The position numbers and the translations under genes were made by a program. The notes below the pieces were generated by a model, which was not told the DNA's origin, searched no databases, and worked only from the letters and a program-made list of their open reading frames with translations. 64,000 nucleotides of DNA from an uncultured Verrucomicrobiota bacterium (GTDB lineage Bacteria; Verrucomicrobiota; Verrucomicrobiia; CAIQCK01), in assembly GCA_964524715.1 (NCBI GenBank), contig CAZGGF010000400.1:16964-80963 (forward strand). The letters run 5' to 3'. This document shows positions 9,347 through 17,554 of the stretch, piece by piece. The first letter of the stretch is position 1. Each line of letters begins with the position of its first letter.

Positions 9347-9862
9347 TTGTTGAGACCTGACCCCCTGTCGCATCGCGAATACGGTCACTGGCCGCAGCCG
9401 CGCAATTCGGAAGATTTGGTATTGATCTTCACCGGTTTGCGCGACCCTCGGACGGGTGAGGATATCAGGGACTCAAGACCTGATCTGCATAAGCAAAATC
9501 CTCGGCACGTTCAGTTCATGAAGTTCAAGCTCAAGGATGTGACGCTCCATGGAAGACCGCAGGAAGAATTGGGCTTGCGCGATTCTTGGGGAACTCCCTT
9601 CGGCTTTGCCTTCGACAACGGCAATGGTGGTATCTATTACCTCGGTCCGGGAACGAATTCTCCAGTGGTGTGGCACGATAATAAAGCCAATGATGACACA
9701 ATCCCCACACCATTCGAAGACGGTTCAACTGTGAGTGTTATCCGAACGGGCTATGCCTTCTTCTCCAACGGTCCGGATAGACGCACGGGTACTGGACAGT
9801 CATGTTCCGGCGGCAAAAACCCTGCTAAAGCCTACAAAGATGACATCAGAAGTTGGAGATGA
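9347..9862 (+). CDS. Pseudopilin (GspG-like) C-terminal domain protein lacking the prepilin N-terminus; possible gene remnant
   Basis: The motifs LRDSWGTPFGFAFD...YAFFSNGPDRRTGTG...DDIRSWR resemble the T2SS pseudopilin G C-terminal motifs (DPWGNPY...S.GPDG..GT..DDI..W). No methylation motif or hydrophobic helix appears in this or the other upstream frames. The start is TTG. Confidence 0.4.
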   Translation: MLRPDPLSHREYGHWPQPRNSEDLVLIFTGLRDPRTGEDIRDSRPDLHKQNPRHVQFMKFKLKDVTLHGRPQEELGLRDSWGTPFGFAFDNGNGGIYYLGPGTNSPVVWHDNKANDDTIPTPFEDGSTVSVIRTGYAFFSNGPDRRTGTGQSCSGGKNPAKAYKDDIRSWR

Positions 9863-10375
9863 GCCGATTGTTTTTCTGTTTTGCTTGGAGTTGACTGGAT
9901 GCGAGACTCTCGGCAACAGCCAACGTAAGGCGGAACGAAAACAATGGGGTCACATCCCGGGTTTCAATATTTGGTTGAGGCGAAAAAAGTAATCATCACC
10001 GGGTCGACTTTCGACTTTTGGCAGACTTTCCCCGTCTCGTCTGCTGTTTCTTCAATGCAGTGTCTGTCATCGCTTACCTTCGAATCGTTTTACCGTCTGC
10101 CGCGAGGCATTTCGACGCACAAAGCATGTCCTTCTGCTCGCTGAAAGGAACTACAGACAAGCTGAAGCTTGGGCCCCAACGTCATGCCGACATTTCCAAA
10201 CTGACCCAGACCGACCATTGTCAAAGGCTCGCGCCTCCGCTCGCAGGCCATCGTCATGTCCGCCGAGCCGGCCCGGCACTTTTCCGTTTGACCGTTTGGG
10301 CGCACCGTCGCACGATGCTGGCGCGATGAATGGAGTGCATGGCAGAGAGAGGGAGGTTTTCTTCTGAGAAGAACC

Positions 10376-11620
10376 TTGATCAAGGTTTGGGCACTGCTCG
10401 TGTTTGTGGGGGCATTGTCATCCTCCAAGGCGCAGGTGGACTACAGCCAGGCCCTTCAACAATACACCAGTGTCATCGAATCGAGTTCCGGCTCTGCCGA
10501 AGCGTATTGGCGGCGGGGAAATGTTTATTGGGAGAAAGGCGACTACAGCCTCGCCCTTCAGGATTACAACAGCTCGATTGCAGCCGACCCGGGTTACAGC
10601 CTGGCCTATCTGGGGCGCGGCAACGTGTATGTCCGCCAGGGCAATTACGACCAGGCGGTTCAGGAATACAACCAAGCCATCGCAATCCAACCGACGTTGG
10701 TGGATGCCTACTATAATCGCGGCGTCGCGTATCGCGCCGAGGGCGATCTGGATTCAGCCATTCAGAGTTTTGACCGCGCCATCGAGTTGAACCCGAACTT
10801 TGCCGAAGCCTACAGCAACCGCGCCCAAGCTTACAGCCAGCAAGGCGACTACGAGAGTGCCATCCAGGATTACACACAAGCGCTGGCGCTGAATCCGAAT
10901 CTGGCGGAGGCCAGTTGGGGACGAGGGAACGCCTACTGGGAGTCCGGCGATTACGACCTGGCGTATCAGGATTACAGCCGCACCATTGAACTCGCGCCGA
11001 ACAACCCGCTGGGGTATCTGGGCCGCGGCAATGCGGATTTTTGCAGAGGCAACTACGACCTTGCGGTCGATGACTACAGCCGCGCCATCACGTTGCAGCC
11101 CAATTTCGCCGATGCCTACAACAATCGCGGTGTCGCGTATCGTGCCGAGGGCGATCTGGACCGCGCCATCCAGGATTTGACGCGCGCCATCGAATTGAAA
11201 CCGGACTCCGCGGAAGCCTACTACAACCGCGGCCTGACGTATCGCGACAAGGGCGATCTGGAGCGCGCCCTCCAGGACTTCAAGCGCGCCATCGAATTGA
11301 ACCCAAAGCTGGCCGCGGCATTGAACAATCGCGGCATATCCCTGAGCGACAACAAGATGGATCACGACCAAGCCATCAAAGACCTCAGCCGGGCTGCTGA
11401 ATTGGGTCCCGCCTCTGTCAGAGGTTCGCGCGCGTGGGCGGGCAAGAATCATGCAAAGGTTGCCGGCTCGCGCGTTGCGACGAACTCCAGCCATGCGGGC
11501 CGGGATGCAAAAGCGTCATCAGATCGCGGCAGGTGGAAGCACGGTCTGTTGTGGGTGGTGCCTGCGGCGGCTGTCGGCATCCTCATATTCATCTTCGCAC
11601 GCCGCCGCAGCAGGCTGTGA
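10376..11620 (+). CDS. TPR-repeat protein with signal peptide and C-terminal TM anchor
   Basis: There are about 9 consecutive 34-aa units (A.AY..RG.AY...GD.D.AI.D...AI.L.P). The C-terminus is LLWVVPAAAVGILIFIFARRRSRL. The start is TTG. Confidence 0.9.
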   Translation: MIKVWALLVFVGALSSSKAQVDYSQALQQYTSVIESSSGSAEAYWRRGNVYWEKGDYSLALQDYNSSIAADPGYSLAYLGRGNVYVRQGNYDQAVQEYNQAIAIQPTLVDAYYNRGVAYRAEGDLDSAIQSFDRAIELNPNFAEAYSNRAQAYSQQGDYESAIQDYTQALALNPNLAEASWGRGNAYWESGDYDLAYQDYSRTIELAPNNPLGYLGRGNADFCRGNYDLAVDDYSRAITLQPNFADAYNNRGVAYRAEGDLDRAIQDLTRAIELKPDSAEAYYNRGLTYRDKGDLERALQDFKRAIELNPKLAAALNNRGISLSDNKMDHDQAIKDLSRAAELGPASVRGSRAWAGKNHAKVAGSRVATNSSHAGRDAKASSDRGRWKHGLLWVVPAAAVGILIFIFARRRSRL

Positions 11621-11626
11621 GCAAAC

Positions 11627-11657
11627 TTCCCGGAATCCCCATGGGCCAGGGAATTTT
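11627..11657 (+). terminator. Candidate intrinsic terminator after the TPR gene
   Basis: ttcccgg (11627-11633) pairs with cc(a)gggaa (11646-11653), followed by tttt (11654-11657). The loop contains the palindrome cccatggg. Confidence 0.4.
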
Positions 11658-11811
11658 CCTCAATATTGCCGCCACCCACAGAAAACGCCGCGAGTGCCCC
11701 TCCCGTCCGGAAAACGAAACAAGAGTCGCAGGACATTCAGTCACCCAGAAAAGATTTGCCAAAAGACGATTTATTGGACATTCTCAAGTCAGCTTCAGTT
11801 GAGGCAAAACC

Positions 11812-12435
11812 ATGAAACCGAGAGCCTTGAGATGGGTGGTAGCCGCAGCCGTGATGGCCGGCGTAATAAGCACACAAGCCGCTCCTTGGCTTGGCTTGGT
11901 GAAAACCGGCACAACATCGCAAAACAGCGATACCGTTTTTCTTGGCACGCTGACTTTCAGCCTGGATGTGCGCGCGAACACCGACGGCAATCCGGTGGGT
12001 GGATTGCAGTATTACATCGTCACCTCACCAGCGGATGCTGTCACCTATGGCACGACACCCCTGACGACTTTGAATAACCCATTCGTCGCGGCGGACTTGA
12101 CGGGGTTGGGTCAACCCCCGACGGCAGGAGCCACGGTCAATTCGGATTCGGCAGCCAATACCATTTGGTTCAAATCCAGTTCGCCTGATTACAGTGCTTT
12201 TTCCGACCAATCCATCGGCACGTATCAGTTCAACATCAGTTCGCTTGGAATGGGCACCTATGTATTCACGCCGGTGGGTGTCCTGCTGACCTACGGTTCG
12301 GGCGAGGAGATCAACACGTTTGCGACACCCGGCTCGTTTACGCTGACGGTGGTGCCAGAGCCAGGCACATGGACACTGCTGGCTTGCGGGAGCCTGATGG
12401 CGGTCTGGCGGAATCGCCGTCGCAGTTCACACTGA
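11812..12435 (+). CDS. PEP-CTERM sorting-domain secreted protein
   Basis: It has a signal peptide (MKPRALRWVVAAAVMAGVISTQA). The C-terminus is VPEPGTWTLLACGSLMAVWRNRRRSSH, i.e. PEP motif, TM segment and basic tail. Confidence 0.85.
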   Translation: MKPRALRWVVAAAVMAGVISTQAAPWLGLVKTGTTSQNSDTVFLGTLTFSLDVRANTDGNPVGGLQYYIVTSPADAVTYGTTPLTTLNNPFVAADLTGLGQPPTAGATVNSDSAANTIWFKSSSPDYSAFSDQSIGTYQFNISSLGMGTYVFTPVGVLLTYGSGEEINTFATPGSFTLTVVPEPGTWTLLACGSLMAVWRNRRRSSH

Positions 12436-12560
12436 ATGCCCGTTGTTGTTCCCACCCGTAGTGTGGTGGATATTCCTTCGCTATTTCCCGAGTGAAGTCA
12501 CCCTGTGACAAGCCGTGACTATTGCCAATCGCAGCCGGCCTTGTTGGACCAAGATTTGTC

Positions 12561-13313
12561 GTGAGTGGATTTTTCTACAACCTCGGACGCCATATGGGAC
12601 GCGTCGCCGTGCCGACCATCCGCAAGTCCAAGTGGATTTGGGACGGCCTGACCGGCACTGAAGAAGAAGCATTGCGCGCCGAAGCATCTTTTGGCAGCGC
12701 ACTGGCTGTCGAGCTTCGGGCTGCTACGAAGCGGGCGGATGACCCGCACATGACATCCCTTCTCAATGATCTATGCGGCCGGCTGGCCGGATGTGCGCGC
12801 GACAAACGCCGGGCCTTCCGCTGTGAGGCGATTCACGACGACTCTCCAAACGCAATGGCACTGCCCGGAGGTTTCATCTTTGTGAGCCACTCGTTGGTGG
12901 ACCTTTGCGAGCGCCGTCCGGAAGAACTGGCGTTCATCATCGGGCATGAGATGGCCCACGTCATCCGCGAACACGCATGGAACCGGATGTTGAACCAGGC
13001 AATCTCGCGCGCTGTGTCGGTCATCGCCGCACGCGCCGGCCCGTTGGGCGAATGGTTACGCCAGAAGGGCATCGGGCTTCTGCAAAGCGCCCACTCCCAA
13101 GACAACGAACAAGAGGCGGACGAACTGGGTCTTCATCTCATGGCTGCAGCCGGTTTTGCGCCCGGCGGCGCCATCGCGTTGCTGCAACGCATCGAGCGAC
13201 TCGGACCGAAGTGCGCGGAGTTCGGCCAGTATTTTGCCTCCCATCCCCCGGCTGGCGAGCGAATCGCCCGCTTGGCGCCGCTTTGCCGGCAACTGGCTTC
13301 AGGCCGTCCTTGA
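12561..13313 (+). CDS. M48-family zinc metallopeptidase
   Basis: It contains the HEMAHVIREH (HExxH) motif and a downstream EQEADELG. The N-terminus SGFFYNLGR is typical of this subfamily, so the start is probably GTG 12561 (the ORF opens at 12522). Confidence 0.85.
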   Translation: MSGFFYNLGRHMGRVAVPTIRKSKWIWDGLTGTEEEALRAEASFGSALAVELRAATKRADDPHMTSLLNDLCGRLAGCARDKRRAFRCEAIHDDSPNAMALPGGFIFVSHSLVDLCERRPEELAFIIGHEMAHVIREHAWNRMLNQAISRAVSVIAARAGPLGEWLRQKGIGLLQSAHSQDNEQEADELGLHLMAAAGFAPGGAIALLQRIERLGPKCAEFGQYFASHPPAGERIARLAPLCRQLASGRP

Positions 13314-13355
13314 TCTGCAAATCCAAGTTGTCCCACAAGCCACTCGCGCGGCGCA

Positions 13356-13754
13356 TCAGCCTTTCTTTTCGTCCTGCTTGGGTTTCAACAGCGACTCCAG
13401 CTTGTCAAAGGGATTGGTGACCAAAGGCGGAGGCGGCTTATCAGGCCCGCTTTGCCCCTCGTAGTACTTGCCGATCAGCGACTTCTCGTGCTCGTGATCG
13501 TGGCAATAGACACAGAGCAATTCCCAGTTGCTGCCGTCGGCGGGATTGTTGTCATGATTGTGGTCCCGATGATGAACAGTGAGTTCTCGCAGGCGTTTCC
13601 CGGAAAACTCGCGGCCACAACTTGCGCAGATGTGTGGAAATATCTTGAGCGCCTGTTCCCGATATCCCTGCTGCCGGATTTCCTGCTCACGCAGAATCTC
13701 GGCGAGCAGTTTCTTATGTCCATCGGTATTGGTTGGCGGTTTGTTGGAGGACAT
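13356..13754 (-). CDS. yajD: YajD-like HNH endonuclease
   Basis: GYREQALKIFPHICASCGREFSGKRLRELTVHHRDHNHDNNPADGSNWELLCVYCHDHEHEK aligns closely with E. coli YajD. The likely start is ATG 13754 (MSSNKPP). Confidence 0.85.
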   Translation of the reverse strand: MSSNKPPTNTDGHKKLLAEILREQEIRQQGYREQALKIFPHICASCGREFSGKRLRELTVHHRDHNHDNNPADGSNWELLCVYCHDHEHEKSLIGKYYEGQSGPDKPPPPLVTNPFDKLESLLKPKQDEKKG

Positions 13755-13774
13755 TGCTGCAAGCCACGGTAATA

Positions 13775-13942
13775 TCACTTAAAGCCGCTGGAAACCAGAC
13801 TGCCCAAGACCACTCCGAAAATGATACTCCCCCACGGAGAGCTTGTGATCATTCACCCTCCCGAATGGCAGCCGACGAACTTGTAGTAGAGGAATCCGCA
13901 CGCGCCGCCAATCACAGCACCGATGATGAGCTTGATAATCAT
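13775..13942 (-). CDS. Candidate selenoprotein: 55-codon small membrane protein with in-frame UGA (13853-13855)
   Basis: This ORF is absent from the ORF track because the TGA splits it. It translates as MIIKLIIGAVIGGACGFLYYKFVGCHSGG[U]MITSSPWGSIIFGVVLGSLVSSGFK. The pattern YY.FVGC.SG.C.ITS.P...G matches, from memory, small DUF6132-type membrane proteins, and the TGA sits at the second Cys. A hairpin follows the TGA directly. Confidence 0.5.
13821..13852 (-). promoter_or_regulatory. SECIS-like stem-loop immediately 3' of the in-frame UGA
   Basis: The mRNA reads UGA-AUGAU-CACAAGCU-CUCC-GUGGG-GGAG-U-AUCAU. The lower stem is 5 bp, the upper stem is 4 bp, and the apical loop begins GU about 17 nt after the UGA. 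Confidence 0.4.
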
Positions 13943-14289
13943 GACTCGTCTCAATCCATGAACCAGACAACATTGAGAGACTAGCACATCGCGCGCGTGT
14001 GCTCAAATATCCCCTGCCCTTTGCCCCCGTCCCCGTTCTTCTGCGGTCTCTGGCGTCTACGTTATAGGCGCTAACGGTGGCGGGATACATTCCCATGAGA
14101 TCATCAAACTCGTCGTTGAATGTGTTTCCTGAGTTGTGGCCTTGCTCGTGGCACCAACCTCTCACGCCGAGGACGACGCCATCGCCAAACCGTTCGCTGG
14201 TCACTGGGAAGGCAGCGTCCGGATCGCTGCAGATTGGTGCAAGCAGCGCCAACTGGCCGCGGCGATTGACATTCACCCCACCGGCAGTG

Positions 14290-15060
14290 TCATCGCTTGG
14301 ATGGGGCACCTGGCTGTATCTCCCGATTCTTCATCACCACGATGAGGGAACCAAAACAGTTCCCCGGTTTGATTTGATCCGGAGGAAACACCTTCATGTC
14401 GGATATATCTCCGTCCAGGAATAGCGCATTCTGGCAGCCGTACTCCATGAAGGCCATGGCGAAGTCATGGAGATTCGGCTTCCGCTGCGATTCAAACCTC
14501 GTGATCAGGAAGATTGCTTTGCCATCGCTTCGGATTCCCACTCCGTTTCTGTGGAGGCGCGATTCCGAGCCGGCGCGAAACTGGGGATGAACCCTGCCAT
14601 TCTCCAAAAGCAAAGGGCCCGATTGCACAGCCCACTCTGGCTGCAGTTTTGCCGACGAGAAATGCGCGGTCTCCATTACGCCAGCCACACCTCGCGCGAC
14701 GAAGAACACCCCGTTTGGTTTGAGATAGAAATTACCTTTTCCTGAGTCGAGGTTGAGAGGACGAATCTGCCGTCCATCCTGCACAAGCAACCCGGCTGGA
14801 ATACCCTGCGGTTCAAAGATGCCACCGTTGGTTATCATCTGAACCCGCTCTCCCTTCGACTCCAAATATGGCACCAAGACTGCAAACTGCCGGAACGCCT
14901 CACCCGAGGGATTGCTCCAATAGACGCGAACTTGTGCCGGATCGGCCACGAAGCGACGGTACTCTATTCCCTTGATCGAGACTGGCTCGTCCAGTGCCTC
15001 CGCCGCGCATGCAGCAACGCCGGCCAAACTCATAAGTGTCAAAAACACATACGTTCGCAT
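14290..15060 (-). CDS. Phosphodiester glycosidase family (DUF2233/NAGPA-like) secreted protein
   Basis: It has a signal peptide. Motifs MITNGGIF, GNFYLKPNGVF, QSGPLLLENG, RNGVGI and ALFLDGD are characteristic of the family. Confidence 0.8.
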   Translation of the reverse strand: MRTYVFLTLMSLAGVAACAAEALDEPVSIKGIEYRRFVADPAQVRVYWSNPSGEAFRQFAVLVPYLESKGERVQMITNGGIFEPQGIPAGLLVQDGRQIRPLNLDSGKGNFYLKPNGVFFVARGVAGVMETAHFSSAKLQPEWAVQSGPLLLENGRVHPQFRAGSESRLHRNGVGIRSDGKAIFLITRFESQRKPNLHDFAMAFMEYGCQNALFLDGDISDMKVFPPDQIKPGNCFGSLIVVMKNREIQPGAPSKR

Positions 15061-15477
15061 AGGTCGCCTTCAGACTGAGATCTCGAAAGCATTCGGTTCC
15101 AAAAAGCTATAATCGCTGTCGTCCCACTGGTTATCTGATTGAGAGTTGAATAGAGCTGGTTTGCAGTATACGGGCTCACCATGCGGCAAGCGATCAATAG
15201 AAAATGGGTGATGTGATCTTTGCCAAAATCGTGAGATCTGCTGTACCATGTCCGTGCCAGGGGATGGATGGTTTTCGCAGAAACCTCCAGAAAACCAGAA
15301 CCGGTTCCGAGAGGCCTCGGCTGTCGGCCATCTGAAACGCCGATGAGGGATTGTTAACAGATGGAGAACGGTTATGCCCTTCGTTCTTTGACAAGTGTAT
15401 TGGGCGAGCCGCCTTGTGGTGGCCGTCTCCCGCACCGACACAGGAGGTTGCCAGCGCGATCCGAGTAACCCGCAGAT

Positions 15478-15517
15478 TAGTCCGACCTAGTCCGACCTGA
15501 TCCGACCTGATCCGACC
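15478..15517. repeat. Four tandem 10-bp repeats t(a/g)(g/a)tccgacc
   Basis: The sequence is tagtccgacc tagtccgacc tgatccgacc tgatccgacc. A degenerate gatccgag lies just upstream. The repeats sit in a lower-GC intergenic stretch upstream of galE. Confidence 0.85.
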
Positions 15518-15539
15518 CAAAAAAGTCAAATTTTGGGTC
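15514..15539. other. Perfect 9-bp-stem hairpin overlapping the end of the 10-bp repeat array
   Basis: gacccaaaa (15514-15522) pairs with ttttgggtc (15531-15539) around an 8-nt loop. No flanking U-tract is present. Confidence 0.6.
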
Positions 15540-15749
15540 ACCGGACAGGCCAAAATAGCGGTGGAATTGTTCCAACACTTCCTTCATTTTGGAAAGCGGT
15601 CTTCTTGTTCAAATCAAAGGAGTGCCCCCGCAAACACCATGCCAAAAGGTTGACGCGTTTGGCACCGAACTCCGGTGTCACCCCCCCCTGCCCTTCCGGC
15701 CCTGCGGCTGCGTTGACAACCCCTCACGCGGCTTCCTATACTCTGCGGT

Positions 15750-16721
15750 ATGCACATTTTTGTTAATGGCGGCGCGGGATATATCGGCAGCATCTGCGTC
15801 GAGGAGATGCTCAACGCCGGACACCAGATCACGGTGTTCGACAGTCTCTCGGAAGGCCATCGCAGCGCCGTGGATTCACGCGCGGCGTTCTTCCAGGGCG
15901 ACCTCGCCAACTACGGCGACATCAGCCAGGCGCTGAAACAGGCCGCGCCCGACGCGGTGATGCACTTCGCCGCCGCATCACTGGTGCCGGAGAGCATGGT
16001 CAATCCGTCGAAGTACTTCCGCAACAACGTGGCCAACGGGATCAACCTCCTCGATGCAATGGTCGAGGCCGGCGTCCGGCGGCTTGTGTTCAGCAGCACC
16101 TGCGCCATTTTCGGCACGCCGGATCGCGTGCCAATGACAGAGGACTTGCCAGTGAAGCCGTTGTCGCCTTATGGCCAGAGCAAGGCGATGTTCGAAAGCA
16201 TGTTGAAGTGGTATGAACAAATCCACGGCATCCAGCACGTGAACCTGCGCTACTTCAATGCCGCCGGCGCGTCGGAAAACTTTGGTGAGCATCACCGCCG
16301 CGAAACGCACCTCATTCCCAACGTCCTTGCCGTGGCCCTTGGCAAGAAGGAACAGGTGGAGATTTACGGCACCGATTACCTGACGCCCGACGGCACCTGC
16401 GTGCGGGACTACATCCACATTGTGGACCTTGCCAACGCCCACATGCTGGCGCTGCAGTGCCGCCAAAGTGGCAGCTTCAATCTCGGCAGTGGCGACGGTT
16501 ACACCGTGCGACAGGTGATCGAAGCCTGCCGCAAGGTCACCGGACACCCGATTCCAGCCGCCGAGCGCCCGCGTCGTCCCGGCGACCCGCCGAAGCTGGT
16601 GGCATCGTCAAAAAAGATTTCCGTCGAACTCGGTTGGAAGCCGAAGTTCAACAAGCTTCAGGACATAGTCGCCAGTGCGTGGGCATGGCACAAGGCGCAC
16701 CCGAACGGTTATCCAGACTGA
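15750..16721 (+). CDS. galE: UDP-glucose 4-epimerase
   Basis: It carries GGAGYIGS (Rossmann), SSTCAIFG and the YGQSK catalytic motif. The length is 323 aa. Confidence 0.9.
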   Translation: MHIFVNGGAGYIGSICVEEMLNAGHQITVFDSLSEGHRSAVDSRAAFFQGDLANYGDISQALKQAAPDAVMHFAAASLVPESMVNPSKYFRNNVANGINLLDAMVEAGVRRLVFSSTCAIFGTPDRVPMTEDLPVKPLSPYGQSKAMFESMLKWYEQIHGIQHVNLRYFNAAGASENFGEHHRRETHLIPNVLAVALGKKEQVEIYGTDYLTPDGTCVRDYIHIVDLANAHMLALQCRQSGSFNLGSGDGYTVRQVIEACRKVTGHPIPAAERPRRPGDPPKLVASSKKISVELGWKPKFNKLQDIVASAWAWHKAHPNGYPD

Positions 16722-16814
16722 GATCCTCAGTGTGCCGGAACACCGGACGGATCAGAGAGGCAAACCCTCTGGCCTTCACCCTTACCATTTCCAACTCATT
16801 ACTCCTTGCATCCC

Positions 16815-17486
16815 ATGACTGCTCCCAACATTCGCGCCATCCTTTTCGACATGGACGGCGTCGTCGTAGACTCCATGAACTTCCACCTCGACACGTGGAA
16901 AATCCTCCTCGTCGAGATGGGCACCCCGCGCCGCTCCCTTGATGTTCAACGCCACTTCGGTCTCGCCACGCGGGTTCTCCTCCGCGAAATTCTGGCCGAG
17001 CGCGATCACGGTCGTGAACCTTCCCCGGAGGAAATCGAGCGATGGCTCCGGCGCAAGGTCGACCTCACCTGCCAGGTCGCCAGCCGCGTCGCCGAGCCGA
17101 TCCCGGGATTCATGGACTTCGCGCGGCGCGTCCGGGCCCGCCGGCTGCCGACTGCACTGGCCAGCGCCGCCTCGCGCCCGTTCATTAGCGCCGTGCTGGA
17201 GAAGATCGGCGCACGCGACTTCTTCGACACCATCGTCTCCGTGGACGACGTGGCAGAACCGAAGCCCAACCCGGAGATTTTTCTTCAAGCCGCCCGGCGT
17301 CTCAACATTCCGATTCGTGACTGCCTTGTCATCGAAGACTCACACCCCGGCATCGAAGCCGGTGTCGCCTCCGGCGCCACCTGTTGCGCGTTGCTGACCA
17401 TGCTCCGCCCGGATGAGGTCCGCGGAGCCCACTTCAAAGCCCGCAATTTCGACGAAATCGCCCGCTGGCTGCAACTCGGCGATTGA
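16815..17486 (+). CDS. HAD-superfamily hydrolase (beta-phosphoglucomutase-like subfamily IA)
   Basis: It has the ILFDMDGVVVDS motif I and the EDSHPGIEAGVASG motif IV. ATG 16815 is preferred over TTG 16806. Confidence 0.85.
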   Translation: MTAPNIRAILFDMDGVVVDSMNFHLDTWKILLVEMGTPRRSLDVQRHFGLATRVLLREILAERDHGREPSPEEIERWLRRKVDLTCQVASRVAEPIPGFMDFARRVRARRLPTALASAASRPFISAVLEKIGARDFFDTIVSVDDVAEPKPNPEIFLQAARRLNIPIRDCLVIEDSHPGIEAGVASGATCCALLTMLRPDEVRGAHFKARNFDEIARWLQLGD

Positions 17487-17554
17487 TGCCAGAAGCCGTG
17501 ACTCGTTTGTGGTTCTTCACGCGCGTCACGATCCGAACCATTGGATTTTCGCAA

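Noticed and set aside
9863-10375. Searched this noncoding stretch for tRNA, tmRNA, RNase P, SRP RNA or IS ends
   Set aside because: I saw no T-loop (GGTTCGAAT-type) motif, no conserved ncRNA boxes and no terminal inverted repeats. The ORFs there (103 aa plus, 112 aa minus) look random.
13779-14345. 176-aa minus ORF (13779-14309) and 69-aa plus ORF (14136-14345, ...AEDDAIAKPFAGHWEGSV...) in the gap between the glycosidase gene and the small UGA-containing gene
   Set aside because: Neither has a recognisable family or a complete signal peptide or start. The minus ORF would fully overlap the motif-supported small gene in another frame. The two ORFs share codon boundaries, so GC3 cannot discriminate between them. 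The region also holds a palindrome, agcaca-tcgcgcgcg-tgtgct (13983-14003). This is left unresolved.
15070-15441. 123-aa minus-strand ORF (and the overlapping 119-aa ORF 15194-15553) in the lower-GC gap
   Set aside because: They show no family resemblance, have an atypical composition for this genome, and one reads through the 10-bp repeat array. The evidence is insufficient to call a gene.
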